Below are positions 1 to 13,895 of a DNA stretch of 64,000 nucleotides, in pieces. The position numbers and the translations under genes are program-made. This DNA is from Octopus bimaculoides (lineage: Eukaryota): NCBI RefSeq assembly GCF_001194135.2, contig NC_068989.1:57281475-57345474 (forward strand), written 5' to 3'. Each line of letters starts with the position of its first letter. Position 1 is the first letter of the stretch. The notes below the pieces were generated by a model that was not told where the DNA came from, ran no database searches, and worked only from the letters and a program-made list of their open reading frames with translations.

Positions 1-108
1 ATATATACGTACTGAGGGTGATAAATTGAATATTAATTTAATTAACATTAATTTAAAACCAGTGGCCTAGCATATAAAAATCTGAAAATTCAGAAAAATT
101 GTATTACA

Positions 109-303
109 TGCGTATCAGAAGGGATGACCACTAACTGGACATCCGATATGCTAGAAAGAGGTCATCAACGACCCAACCACAAAGAAAAATAGTGTTCTCC
201 AGACTTTTTCGGGAGAACATTATTTTTCTTAGTGGTTAGGTGGTTGATGACCTATTTCTAGCATATCGGTTGTCCACTTAGTGGTCATCCCTTCTTATAC
301 GCA
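109..303. mobile_element. Palindromic MITE-like element (~92-bp arms)
   Basis: 109-200 is the reverse complement of 212-303 with ~8 mismatches and an ~11-nt loop. Confidence 0.75.
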
Positions 304-309
304 CGCACG

Positions 310-355
<46 letters not shown>

Positions 356-365
356 NNNNNNNNNN

Positions 366-419
<54 letters not shown>

Positions 420-1620
420 TATATGGATTTAACTTGTTACCGCTTAGTCACTTCAATGCTATTCTCATGTACTTGCTCTTCGACACATTGTTATTCATGA
501 AATATAATCCTAAGATGATCTACACAAAACCCACAACATTGTACACGTAAAAACTTTTGTCATTCTCTCTCGATGTGGCGCATACAACTTGTTTTCCTGT
601 CAAGTGTAATGGCGATGTCAACATAAACAACATGGTATAACGCAGAGATCATTTACAACAATTAATGGTTCTGTGTAATGGAATGATTCGTTAAAATATT
701 AATGTTTTGCCTGGATTTTAAGCCTCACGTCTCGTTGTTCGAGGTCGTTGCTGTTCAGGTGAAACTAATTTACACCATAGCACTAGACAGTAGAATTACC
801 TTACAAACAGGATTCGGGAAGTAATGCTCTAATTTAAATCTCTAGAATACATCTATGTCTAGATACAAAGTTCTAGAATTATAGAAGGTACGAAAATCAA
901 ATATCGTACTGTCCAAACAGTGTATTTAATTGTTATACATTTCTGAACATAAACAACCTTTAGCACATTATTTTGATTCGGGAAATATAATTTATGAAAC
1001 GTTATTTTGGGAGCAATGACTTCTTTTATCCAACTGTATCGCCAAAATAAAATCATTCTCAGTATATTCCTGTTGTCTCTGCCGATAATTGAAAGCAAAT
1101 AGGTCAACGATGGGAGCGGACGGAAATATATAACGCATTTTGCCGTTTCTACCAATTCCACGCCTTCGCTATGTAATAATAGTCATTGTAAATGTTGGTT
1201 GGTCGGTTTATTTTTTGTTTGTTTCTTTGGTAGATTGGTTGGTTGACTGGCTGGCTGGTAGCTGGTTGGTTGGTTGGTTTGCACCAAGAAATGTGATAAA
1301 AATTAAGTTATAATTATTATTGTATGCCGTATTTTCTGATATTACCGATGATGGAAAAATTGTACTTCCAAAGCTACCAATCATATGACGTTTAACACCT
1401 AGTTCTTTAATAAAATTTGATAACTAACCACCAAAAATCGAATGGCTCCCATTTATATTTCATCCTTACACTAAACAAAATTTTATTTGATCGATAAAAT
1501 AAGCATAATCTACTCTTTGTGGCAAAAGTGGACCGTAACTAGCTGAACATAGATATGCTGATTAAATTTAGAAATGAATAAGAATAAGGATTTTGATATC
1601 TAATATATGAGAAGAATTAA

Positions 1621-1830
1621 GGCGGAGAGATGGCAGAATCGTTAGCACGCAAGTCAAAATGCCTACCAGCATTTCGTCCGTCTTTATGTTCTGAGTTTAA
1701 ATTAGGACGAGATTGAATTTTGCCTTTCATCTTTTGATAAAATAAGTACCTATTGAGTACTGGTAGTGATGTTATCGACTTAGACGCTTCCCTTCAATTG
1801 CTGGACTTGTACCAAAATTTGAAATCAATA
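1621..1830 (+). mobile_element. tRNA-derived octopus SINE, family A (GGCGAGCTGGCAGAATCGTTAGC head), diverged
   Basis: A-box-like TGGCAGAATCGTTAG and B-box-like GAGTTTAAATT. Homologous to the copies at 6842, 25602, 26720, 34918 and 51741. Confidence 0.85.
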
Positions 1831-2551
1831 TATTAGAAGAATACAATATCTGTAACCTGGAATTGAAACCAGACTTCTAGATTCCGGTACTTGTACTCTA
1901 ATTTACGACCCTTTTTTTTTATTAGCTAAATCCAAAAAGAGGACTAAGGCCCATCTCCTTCTCAGACGCTCCAAAAACGCTAAGGCAAATGCCACTGCTT
2001 CGTTTTTGTATCTCTGCAGACACAACAAATGCGATTATTACTCTGCTTAAACTATTGTGAAATGACGGCTGCAGAAAAGACATATGCAGAGTATTTCAGA
2101 GAACAGACATTCTGAGAGTGGAAAAGAGAACGTAATGATTAGCGCAGTTCCAGTGTTCAGGGTTGGATGCTACATGGCTGATAAAAGAAGCGGGCAAAGA
2201 GGTTGAGAGTGTCTGAATGGAAGTGACAATTGAACAGCTTGTTTTGAAAGGGCAAACATCAAAGTGACAATAGATAATAGCGAAAAGAAGGTAACAAAAT
2301 ATCTGTAGACTTGAGGCAGAATCGTGTCTGTGAGTGTGTTTTTAAACAATCGGTTAAGTGATCTTCTGGATGAGATACAGAATGACTGTTAACATAGCAG
2401 CAACACTGCTCAAGATGTAGGAACAACGCTCTATTGTAGATCTCGCCTGTGTTTTGTAGAAGTTTTGTTGCTGTTTGTTATATATGCATGTAACATTCTA
2501 AATATTTGTGTTATATAATTTAATATATTTCTTAATCTTTTTGCTTTAAAG

Positions 2552-2830
2552 GAACTTCTTCTGTTGAGAACTAACATCAGTGGTAAGTAGGATTATTTCA
2601 TATAATTTATTTCTTAGATTATTGTCTTTATTTTTCACTGCGTCAAACAATTCTTGATTTCAGGAGAGAGGTCTAATGAAAAGTGGGGCTTTATGCCATT
2701 TAAACGTTTCGAGGATGTTACAGAAACACATCCATACACTCTTGTGAGACGAAAGGCAAATCCAGTCCTGTTTTGCTTTAATAATGAATCGAAGAAAGAA
2801 AGAATTAAATTTATACACGATGTAAAAGAA
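2552..2830 (+). CDS. Candidate two-exon fragment of an unidentified gene (2552-2582, 2664-2830), weak PH-domain-like C-terminal helix
   Basis: A 31-nt exon with tttttgctttaaag acceptor and GTAAGT donor, an 81-nt intron, then a phase-compatible exon. Translation: ELLLLRTNISGERSNEKWGFMPFKRFEDVTETHPYTLVRRKANPVLFCFNNESKKERIKFIHDVKE. It ends at a possible GTGAAT donor (2831) or the stop at 2902. Confidence 0.35.
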
Positions 2831-3104
2831 GTGAATTCGCTTCAACTGCGATTGAGATTATTTCGAAGTTTCGGAGTATTGGGAAGCTTACCGCTGTTAT
2901 AGAGGTTTAGAAATATTTATATAGATCAACGATAAAACCGATGGAATCAATGCAGAACTAAAGTAATATCGTTATATTAGCACTAATATTAGTGCATCTA
3001 TAATATTTATGTCTATGGTATTGCTTAGAGCGTGATATCTATGTTAGTTTTATTATTATTATTATTATTATTATTATCATTATTATTATTATCATCATCA
3101 TTGC

Positions 3105-3765
3105 CTTTCCACAGCTTCTAACGCTGATGTACTACGGTGTCAGCTGTTCAATACCAGTGAACTAAGGTAACACCCCTTATTTTTCGAGCATCTTTCGGTG
3201 TATTCGAAAGGTTCCAAGCAGTGCTGTTTTCTGCAAGTGCTCCGCCCTTATTGCAGCCCCTATTTGTTCCATGTATTTCTCAAGGTTTTTACTCACTGTT
3301 CCCAGGGCTCCGACAATTATTGGCACCACTACCACCTTTTTCATCGACCACAACTGCTTTACCTCCCAAGCTAACCTATCATATTTATCGACATTTCTTT
3401 CTTCCTTATCGCATACCTTGTTGTCAGCTGGGTATGCTATACCTATGATCCAGCATAGTTTGCTTAGTTTCTCAATTAAGACTGTCTGGTTTCCTATTCT
3501 CTATCTCATGGTCGCACTGAATCATTAAATCCCACAGGAACTTTGCATTATCATTTTCGATGAAGCCTTCGGGTTCGTGACCGTACCAATCTTTTCTCTG
3601 TCGAGTCCAGATAGGTACCAGAATCTCTGAGCCTGCCGGGTGCAACACTGTCACCATAAATGGCTTCAGTTTCATTGCCACCATTATTCACAATATTATG
3701 TTTATTCATTGTCACTCATATGAGTTAGCGATTATCAGGTTGCGCAATTACCAGTGTTTTTATTG
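3105..3765 (-). mobile_element. R4/Dong-like RLE non-LTR retrotransposon, 3' fragment
   Basis: Minus-strand WYGHEPEGFIENDNAKFLWDLMIQCDHEIENRKPD (PD..D endonuclease) followed by a decayed LQKTALLGT C-terminus. Flanked by (ATT)n on both sides. Confidence 0.85.
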
Positions 3766-3880
3766 TGGCACCATCAATAGATATGTCATTAATCAGGACA
3801 TGGGGAGACTCCACCCGCTCCTTTAAGTTATTATTATTATTATCATCACTGATATCACTGCTATTATTGTTTTTATTTAT

Positions 3881-3949
3881 TTATATATTCATTTATTATT
3901 ATCATTATTGTTATTATTATTATTATTATTGTTGTTGTTATTATTATTA

Positions 3950-4023
<74 letters not shown>

Positions 4024-4060
4024 GTTATTATTATTATTGTTATAATTATTATTATTATTA
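3881..4060. repeat. (ATT)n microsatellite
   Basis: Direct reading; source of the poly-Y ORF. Confidence 0.98.
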
Positions 4061-5402
4061 GATGATTTTGATCTGATATCTGCTGGATAAGAGCTGGCCT
4101 ACAATCAAAGCTTTCCAGTCGTGACAGCTATATCGTTTTATGTTTTTCGTTATTTAAGACTGTGACATGTGATTAGCGTTATTGATATGTTAGTGGCAGG
4201 ACTGTAGCAAGTAGCACGTCACCAAATGTGTTGGAAGGCAGACTCACTCATTGCAGCAGCGAAACATGGAATGCTCGCCAATGCAGACATGTAATCCTCC
4301 ATTACACCCTCTCCATAACAGTTTTCCGTGGCACATTTGAAAAAGGACGAAAAAGAGGTAAAGAATATCACGGTCAAGAACTTGGGTGATGTCAACATTA
4401 CAGCCATTATGCTTGTAACTGCACAAGTCACAGGATGACCACGAGGAGGAGAATGATAACGTTTAACTGTATTTCTATGTTGGCGATATATTTATGCTAT
4501 ATGAATGATATTTCTGTGTAAACAGTACAGTTGTATTAGTAATATAGCCACGATATTGGTAACGCTATATTATTGATGGTCTTATGGTACTGGTATAGCG
4601 CTGTCAGTTATATGCCTATAATATCACATTGTTATAACTGTGATATTTTATCAAGCTCGACAAATGATGAGAAAAACACCTCATTATTACGATGTCATCG
4701 ACAAATATATTTTAAGAATTTCGCTTGCCCCTTAGCATTTATATGAACTCAGTATTGACATTTGAAAAATATTAATATATTTTGATGATTGTAAGTCTTG
4801 TGTGAATGGAATTAAGGTCCTCAAGCACTCCCAAAATATTACTGGTACACATTTCATTGACTCTTGCAAGACAAAAAGAAAATTCAGTCCTGTTTTGATA
4901 ATAAAACAGAAAAAGAAGGAATTAAACCTCTAAAACATAATCTAACGATATGTAGTTTCTCTCCATTTATAGATCACTCTTATAACCTAATATTAGAAAT
5001 CTATCAGTGAGATAATGCTGTAGGAATATTTTGTATAAAGCACAGGCATTTTAGTACATGCTGATTCTTAGCTTGTGAGAAGCAGTTTCAAGTTTTGTTA
5101 CAATAAAATATAAAATAACTGCAGTTTTAATACACTATGTCAAAAGATTCCCAATTAATACGTTGTCGACGAAACAGTGTTAAGTTTATGATCAACGCAC
5201 TTAATTCTTGAAGATCCATTCCAGTGGTTCGAAATTGAGATCATGTGACGTAGTTAGCAGATATAATCAAGTATATCCGCTGTATATTTCATGTATTCAT
5301 AGCAAGCATACCACAGAATGATGTGAGTGCATACATGTAGATTCTTCGATGATATAATGAATCAATATACAGAACTGATAGAACTTTACCTTTGATCTTT
5401 TA

Positions 5403-5653
5403 CCTTTTGTTTCAGTCATTAGACTACGGCCATACTGAAGAATTTTTAGTCGAACGAATCGACCCCAGTACTCACATTTTGTTAAGCCTGATACTTATTC
5501 TATCAGTCTGTTTTGCCGAAACGCTAAGTTACGGGGACGTAAACACTAATACTGGTTATCAAGCGGTACGGTGGTACTAACACATACACAGACACAGACA
5601 CACACATATGTATACACACATACATATATGTGTGTCTGTATGTATGTATTTAA

Positions 5654-5696
<43 letters not shown>

Positions 5697-5857
5697 CAGA
5701 CTTCTTTCAGTTTCCGCCTACCAAATTTAGTCACAAGGCTTTGGTCGGCCCGAGGTTATAGTAGAAGACACTCGCCCAAGGTGCCACGCAGTGGGACTGA
5801 ACCCGAAACATGTGGTTGGGAAGCAAGCAAGTTTCCTACCACACAGCCCGGCCTACA
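5403..5857 (-). mobile_element. tRNA-derived octopus SINE, family B (GCAGGAGTGGCTGTGTGGTAAG head, internal microsatellite)
   Basis: Reverse complement of the intact copy at 38819-39203, with an internal (CA)/(TG) array. Confidence 0.9.
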
Positions 5858-6841
5858 CTTATAAACATAAAAAATATAACCACACTTAATTCAAAGTGCA
5901 GCTGATCACAAATTGTTAAACTTCAATACGTTATTACAGTGCAGTAAACCTGTCTCGTTCATTTTAAATCAGCTTTCCTGATTACTATTTTTTCTCTGGT
6001 AGGAACAACGTATCATTTTAAAATTAATAAATTGATTATGTGTTTTAATTACTTGGTTATATTAATAATGATGCTTTATGCCACAGAACACAATTAAATT
6101 CTGAACTTTAAGTGAAATCTATGCTATTTTTCTGTAAATTCTATTGTAACATAATGAAGGACATTCAAGTTATTGGACTATAGAACTTATCTAAAAATAT
6201 TTCATATTTGATATATAAAAGATTTCAAAGAAGTCTTTAAAAAAAATACAGATGTTTAAAATGTGAAGTTACATATGAATCATAGACAAATCTCGTTTAC
6301 ATAATTATAGATTACATATAAATAGATTAAAGATATTTCCTGTTGTTTCTAAACTAAAAAAGTGGATTAGTATTTGTATTTCAGTGGACTTTTAAGATGT
6401 TTGATGAATCGAAACATTGTATAGATATAACTCTTAGAATTTTACAATTTTATATAAGAACTCGTAGCATATATTTAGATGAAAATTGCAACCTGTCACT
6501 TCATCTATATGCATAGATAACCAAAGAAACATGTTCATACAGATACATACATATTCATATATAAATGCACACATACTTACATCCATATATGTTATTCTTT
6601 TATTCTTTTACTTATTTATGTACTGTCTACGACTGTGCTTGAAAACAACGTTGTTGGTTTTAATCAAGCTAATAGACTTCAATAGTTTATTCTATCGTTA
6701 ACTCTACATACTGGTTTTCTGGAGTTCAGTTAACCGTTTTGTAAATGTGAAGTAATTATATTCAAAATTATTTCAGTAACAGGGAAAATAAAAACAACAT
6801 AAAATAACAAGGAACAGGAGTATAATATACTTTTCTCTTAC

Positions 6842-7015
6842 AGCTGGCAGAATGGTTACCACGCCTGACAAAGTGGTTAGTGGTATTCTGTCCGTCTTTA
6901 CGTTCTGAGTTCATATTCCGCCGCGGTCGACTTTGCCTTTCATCCATTCAGGGCCGATAAAATAAGTATCAGTCGAGCACGAACTTTTTCCTCTTGTGCC
7001 AAAATTTGAAACCAA

Positions 7016-7016
<1 letters not shown>
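6842..7016 (+). mobile_element. SINE family A
   Basis: TTCTGAGTTCATATTCCGCCGCGGTCGACTTTGCCTTTCATCC core, followed by (CT)n. Confidence 0.9.
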
Positions 7017-7101
<85 letters not shown>

Positions 7102-7772
7102 CCTCTTTCTTTCTCTCTCGTTCTCTTATCGCTTTGTTGTATCACCTTTCAGCGTTTAGGAACAGTTTTTACTCTATTTCTAATTTAGCATGATCTTCAT
7201 GAAATACGCACTTGATTCAAAATTTATTCTAATATAATTTATAAATTTCAAATTGAATTTGTAAAGTAAAATTAATATAAATATAGCAAACTGCTCAAAT
7301 TATCTATGACACTTTCACTGGATAAAATATAGCATTGCTATTAAAGAAACATTTGAATGAATGCATGCAGACACTATTATATAGAATTGTTCAAATTTAT
7401 AAATACCCTATGTATATTTGAGTGTGAAATAAGACTATGAATTCTCGCTAATATTGTCTCTTAGATGCAAAAGTTTTATTGATCTGTTGAAATTTTGTTA
7501 CACAAATACAATATTCTTCAAATAAAACTACTATATAGAATGATGATTGATAGAGGAAAAGAGATACTAAATTGTTTTTATCCCAATAGGATTATAATGA
7601 CAGTGAAAGAAAAAGATAAAATTGAGAAATTTATTGAAAATAACAGCAAAATAGAAAATATGAGTTCACATCTATTTATCATTCTATCTATCTCTCTATC
7701 TATCTGTGTAATTATACATGTATGTATGTGTGAACATATATATGTACACATTTACATACGTGTGTCTATGTG

Positions 7773-7818
<46 letters not shown>

Positions 7819-7848
7819 TATATATATATAGAATATACAATATATATA

Positions 7849-8186
7849 GGCACAGGAGTAGCTGTGTGGTACAAAACATGCTTCCCAATCACATGGTTCA
7901 GGGTTCAGTCCCACCTTAAGCAAGTGTCTTCTAGTATAGCCTCGGGCCGACCAAAACCTCGTGAGTCGATTTGGTTGATGGAAACTGAAAGAAGTCCGTC
8001 GTATATATATATATATAATTTTTTTTCTCCGTGTTTTTCTCCTTGTTTTCTCCGTATTGTTTCTGTTGAAGAGCGTAGCTCGAAACGTTAATGACTTTCT
8101 CTATTCTCGAGCGTTAAACTAATACATCCTTTTGTTGTTTACACCACCTGTCCTCGTCTGTTGTTGTTTTTTTCGTAAATTCTCCC

Positions 8187-8218
<32 letters not shown>

Positions 8219-8325
8219 GTGTCTGTGTGTGTGTGTGTGTTTGTTTGTCCCCCCACCATTGCCTGACAACCGATGCTGGTGTGGTTATGTCCCCGTAGTC
8301 TAGCGATTTGGGAAAAGAGAGCGAT
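7849..8325 (+). mobile_element. SINE family B with a nested Penelope-type terminal fragment (~8010-8190)
   Basis: SINE 5' half at 7849-8005 and 3' half at 8210-8325. The internal (TA)n is interrupted by a pyrimidine-rich segment carrying a hammerhead-like core. Confidence 0.85.
8058..8096 (+). ncRNA. Degenerate minimal type-I hammerhead ribozyme motif
   Basis: CTGTTGA-A-GAGC-gta-GCTC-GAAACGTTA. Perfect stem II and palindromic stem III (AACGTT), but the core A6 is changed to T. Confidence 0.55.
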
Positions 8326-8569
8326 NNNNNNNNNNNNNNNNNNNNNNNNNNNNNNNNNNNNNNNNNNNNNNNNNNNNNNNNNNNNNNNNNNNNNNNNNNN
8401 NNNNNNNNNNNNNNNNNNNNNNNNNNNNNNNNNNNNNNNNNNNNNNNNNNNNNNNNNNNNNNNNNNNNNNNNNNNNATATATAAACACGCACATTCACAC
8501 ACACACACACACACATATCTATATCTCTCCCGCTTTATCTCTTTCTCTCTGTCTCTCTGCCCCTCTCTC

Positions 8570-8601
<32 letters not shown>

Positions 8602-9366
8602 ATAAATATCTATAAACATAATTATAGTTTTCACGAATATAACGCCCAGACTTGACAGCAAAACAATACCTGCAGATTTTTTTTTGTTTTTTTTGTTTTT
8701 GTCAACGTATCCAGTTATATTGACAGGTTACCAGACTACTCATTAATTGTATTGTTGAATCGGATTCAGCAAACTACATTTTGAGATGTTCGTGACGAAG
8801 CAGTGAGCTATCAACAGTTGTACATTTTTATAAGATGTGGCCGCAAGTGGCACGACTTACTGCAGTAAATATTGACAGCTCTCTGGAATTCTTCTAACCA
8901 ACTTTATAGCAATCATAAAGAAGAAAAACTGTTTTGTTTTTTTTTTGCTGCTTAGATCCGAGGTCTCCTCTAATCTAGAAGATCTAAGCCGTATTTATGT
9001 GAACGTAAGGAGTAAAATGAGGTACACTATTGGCAGATGATGATGCAGTGTGCACTATTAAACCTTACACAGAATGAGCAGTAGCATTATTTACTGTTAT
9101 ACGGAGTGCAGAAAACTAGACAATACTGCAATTATAGCATTTAGAGTTCGTAGGTGTCTATCACCAGTTTAGCAGGATTATATTCAAGAGATTTTTACCA
9201 ATTTCACGAACACCGATAAAAATCCTTTTCCAATTTCACGAACACCTACGAAAATCTTTTTCCAATAAATATTTTCTCATGACATTTTAATTTTTCTTTA
9301 CTTCCACTCGAATATCTTATAATTTCTAGTAAAATTCATGTAGACTATTTGCTAACTACTGAGAAA

Positions 9367-9443
<77 letters not shown>

Positions 9444-10440
9444 GGAGAGAGAGAGATTTCTTGGTCATTGCCGTATTTCCTGCAACCTGTCACAAAATGA
9501 TCGAGCTGCCATAAGTTGGTCAATCAAAATTCTTTCAAAACACATTTAATATTTCTTGTAATAAATATTTCCTCTCGCAATAATGACAGGAAAAAAAGCA
9601 AACAATGTCGAATTGCTAACGCCTTTTTCTCCATGGTCATTTTATGATAAGAAACGATTCAAACTTTGAATCTGTGATCTGCATTTGCTATGAGATATAC
9701 AACATCGGGATTGAGTGGTTCTGCTTCTTCTGAATCAGTAGGGATCAGACCCCTAAGATCCTGTTTGAAATAGAAGTCTATAATTTCAATCGCAGTCAGA
9801 TAAATATCCGTGTGAATGACGAACAAACGTTGATTTTAAAGACAACAGACAAGTAGGATAGGTGACTTCAACATTCCGATAGTATCTTTTTCTTATTAAT
9901 GATAGTTGATTTATACCGTTAAGTTATATGATGCGATACTGTAACAATTTTATTTATATGTACTATATACTAAAAGTAATAAACGCATTTTTGCCATGAA
10001 AACTCAACAAATGCCTTTGGTGTATTGACTGCAGTGACATCTAGTGATGTCATGGCATAGTTATTACATAGTTTTTCATTTATCCACAATATTCAGTCAA
10101 CGTTCATAGTTGTCTTTGAACGCCTAATAATTTTTATATTGCATTTCCTTTCACAAGTCATTAGGTCGCCTGTTATCTCATCAAAAGCGATGGAATTATT
10201 CCATCATCTGAATTAAAGTGATAACTTAAATAACCAAAGCATTTAAAAACAAACATTTTTCGCATTCTACATTGGAAATAACTTTCATCTTTAACTTGTT
10301 TCATGCTGGGGCACCGTGTCGAATGAATTTAATAAAAAAAAAAAACGACACCAGCACTTATTCCACGTCTCTTTTGCCGAACCGCTAAGATACGAGGAGT
10401 TAAATCGATACAGGTTTCTTTACATACCAAACATACAGAC

Positions 10441-10496
<56 letters not shown>

Positions 10497-10639
10497 TAAA
10501 GAGTGTGTGTGTGCATATATGTATGCATATATGTATCTGTATGAGTGTGTGTGCTTGTTTGTATGTATGTATATATGGGCCTGTGCGCGTGTGCGTGTGT
10601 GTGCGTGTAAGTTCGTGTATGCAACTCTGTGTGTTTGTA

Positions 10640-10805
10640 CTTCCACCACTTGATAACCGGTTTCGACTTGTTTACGTTTCTGTAAAATAAGTACCTGAGT
10701 TTAAAGAAATAAGTACTGAAATGAGTTTCATTGACTAAAACCTTCGAGGAAGTGCCTCAGCATGGCCGCAGTCTAATGACTGAAACAAGTAAAAGAATAA
10801 AAGTT
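10640..10805 (+). mobile_element. SINE family B, 3' half
   Basis: CAGCATGGCCGCAGTCTAATGACTGAAACAAGTAAAAGAATAAAAG tail, shared with 39150-39203. Confidence 0.75.
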
Positions 10806-11729
10806 AAAATTTGAAAAATATTTGTTTAGAAAATATATTCCAGGCACAATTGCTATAATTTTGTTTCAAGCCTTGTAATCAAATTAAATGATTAATTTCC
10901 TATTTACAATTACTGTTCAGATAATTAATTACTGATTTCTCATTAAATAAAATATAAATAATCTCGCATAATAAATACACCAGGTTATTTAGTTCAAAGA
11001 GCGGGACCGGGTAATAACAAAAAAACATAAGAAAGTATATTATTCATTATCTTTAATCATACAGTATTAACTTGGTTCTAATTGAACCATTTTCATCTTC
11101 CAGCAACACGCTTGTCGTTTGCAGATCTGATTAGCGTTAATTCATTAGTTAGTAACCACTTTAAATTTCCTAGTAAATAACACTTTTCCATTTAAACAAC
11201 AGTGATCAGCATATTCACGTTTGAATCTGCCAGGGTGCATTAGGAATGAATAGTTACTGTACGTTTTGGTTTCTCGCTGTTCTGCTTGCACCTCATGAAT
11301 TACTATTTCTTTGCCAGACGTCATCATGCATTTGCAAATAATTTACTTGTTAAATTTTATAGACAAGAGCTTCTATTGTTGTCATTGCCATCGGTCTGGT
11401 AGGGTAACTTTGACCGAGGAGACAGGCTAGTAAAGTCTTAGTAACAAGTCTTGTGTCTCCAAACAATTTTCAGGTTCTAAGAATATGACCTATACAATTT
11501 ACAAACCAGGAGGCTACAACAACAAAAATCACGAGCAAAAAGCGAGAAGGTGGATTGAAAAATTGGAAGGGAGAAATAAACGGAAAAATGAAAAGAAAAA
11601 AAGGAAAAAAGATAGTTAGACTTAAGTCCCCTTTGACCGTAAAACCATAATAAAGCTAGTTGTAAAGTGAATTAACGGAGAGGTGACCAAAGTCTGCGAT
11701 ACAGTTGCTCAATCCAGAAAGTGTGGTAT

Positions 11730-12610
11730 CCTCCAATTAGCCAAAAGAGATGTGTAAATATGTTTGCATTTGCTGAGAATTTCTGTTCCGAAATGAGATA
11801 GAATTCTGAGATCTATAAAGGAAATGTGATCTCTCAGCTACGCACGTTTTTAGATCCATTAGCATGTGAGATGGATTTTTACGATGTTCCACTTGATTGT
11901 ATATGGCGTGGAGTTGGACTTCAAACTCCATACGTGGCTAACCAACTTAATGGCTTTACATTTGTTCATGTACTAGAAAAGTGGTGTGCATAGCTACTTT
12001 TGAAGTCGGCTTCCCATAACCCTATGTAATTGCTCTTTTAGCTAGGTTATGATGCCTTATATACGACGGAATTTATCATGCATACCTGGCGAAGTGAGCA
12101 AGCGCCCGCACTCGACAATTTCAATTAGGTTTGGGCTTTAGGTGATGTTTTCAGATGATAATGTTCATCATACTGGGACATCAGTAATATGATAATTGAG
12201 CGTCTGTTAAAGATCTTCTTGTGTTTGTGATTATCTAAAGTTGACAGGAATTTTTTGCCTACGTTAGTTTTAATATTTAAGATGAAAGGGCGATGAACCA
12301 AATTATTTTCCTAGGTCTACTTTTAGGAATCATATATCTAGTTGGAAGGTTTTAATACAAGTTATCTTTGAAAACTACTGTTAGCTAGGCCTTTGTTATA
12401 GAATGGGGCTGCCTCATCAAAACTTCCTGTTGTAGGAGATTGGATATCTTATCAGTAATGTTAGCTGTCTGGTTTTTAAATAATATAGGCGTGTTATTAA
12501 AACTTGCCTAGTCTACACCTCCAATGTGTGAACCTATTAGGAGCTCGTAACTATATTGTGTAAATTAAATAATATTCATCTCTCAGTGGATGAAGCACTC
12601 TTTTGTTGAC
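11730..12610 (-). mobile_element. Penelope-like retroelement relic (RT thumb + C-terminal GIY-YIG endonuclease)
   Basis: Minus-strand pieces with stops and frameshifts: SFDEAAPFYNKGLANS, LKTNVGKKFL, CSLRQVCMINSVVYKA..NYIGLWEADFKSSY, HVWSLKSNSTPYTIKWNIVK, EILSKCKH. Confidence 0.8.
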
Positions 12611-12724
12611 CTTACTCTAACGGAAAAGTAAACTATATATACATGTGTGTGTGTGTGTGTATAAGCAAGAATAGAGATAGGCCGACAGACGGGCACACAG
12701 GCAGGCAACAGACGGGTAGACAGT

Positions 12725-12824
<100 letters not shown>

Positions 12825-13895
12825 GGGATGAGTTATATATTTGTATGAGTTTCGTTTGTTTTACTGTAATGTACGATTTTCTTTCTTAATATATATCTAT
12901 TTCAACGCACGTTTTCATTTGAAGAATTTTGCAAACTATTACAAATCGAAATGAAATTAAAACGTCTTTATTTCTTTAGTCCCATTACTAAGATTCCAAA
13001 ATATTTTGCGATTAAAATAAATGAGCTTATACAATTATATGCGTTATTATTTACGCTTGCTAGAATACACTCTAAAAAGCGGACAGATTGCAAATGTTAC
13101 GGCAATTTCGAAGAAAACCATATTAGATATTTACAGTTGTTAAATAGAGAAAGCACAGCTAATATTTTCATCAATATCAATATTGGAAGGTAAATAAAAA
13201 TAGCAATACCTGTTTGAATGGCTATTAAGTATAATATTAAATATCAAATATGGCGGTGTTTGTTAAACATTCCATATATATGATATTGGACGTACAAAAA
13301 GTTGCTGTTGACGTAAACAATCACGTCATTAGCATATAACATCTCACAAGAAACTAAATGCAATTGTTTAGCTGTCGACAAAAATTTAGTGAAATATTTC
13401 TTGAAATAAAAAGTTTACGAAATAAACCATATTAAAACGTCTTTTTTTTTTATCTTATGATATTAATAAGTTAGGAAAGATAAATGATTCTAAAAAGAAA
13501 AAAATGATAATGTGTATGCAGATTTAAACGTCAATATGCCAATTTTTGTTGCTGTTCTCTTTCGCCGAGTGAGTTCCCCGTTCAGACAAGTTTTGTTTGA
13601 TAATACGCATTATTCAGTGACGAAGGGGACATGCTCACAATAGCTTATCATCGACTCGACAGGCATTAGCGCAGGGCAGCAAATAATTTACTGAATTCAG
13701 TATAAACTATGAGGACAGCTTAGGCTACAGGCTACAATTATGTCGAAATACCAGCGTCTGAAAGTAAAGTCTTCATAGAATCCACAACTAATTGAGAGGA
13801 CCATCGTTAAATTCAATGTACAACAATAAGTAAGCTGTTGTATTAGCAATGATAAACAGTGCATATTCTGTGTTCTATTATTAATAATCTGCAGG

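Noticed and set aside
859-1161. 100-aa minus-strand ORF
   Set aside because: No recognisable motif or splice context; composition is consistent with AT-rich chance.
11087-11330. 60-aa minus-strand ORF
   Set aside because: Short with no convincing family motif; likely a decayed LINE fragment.
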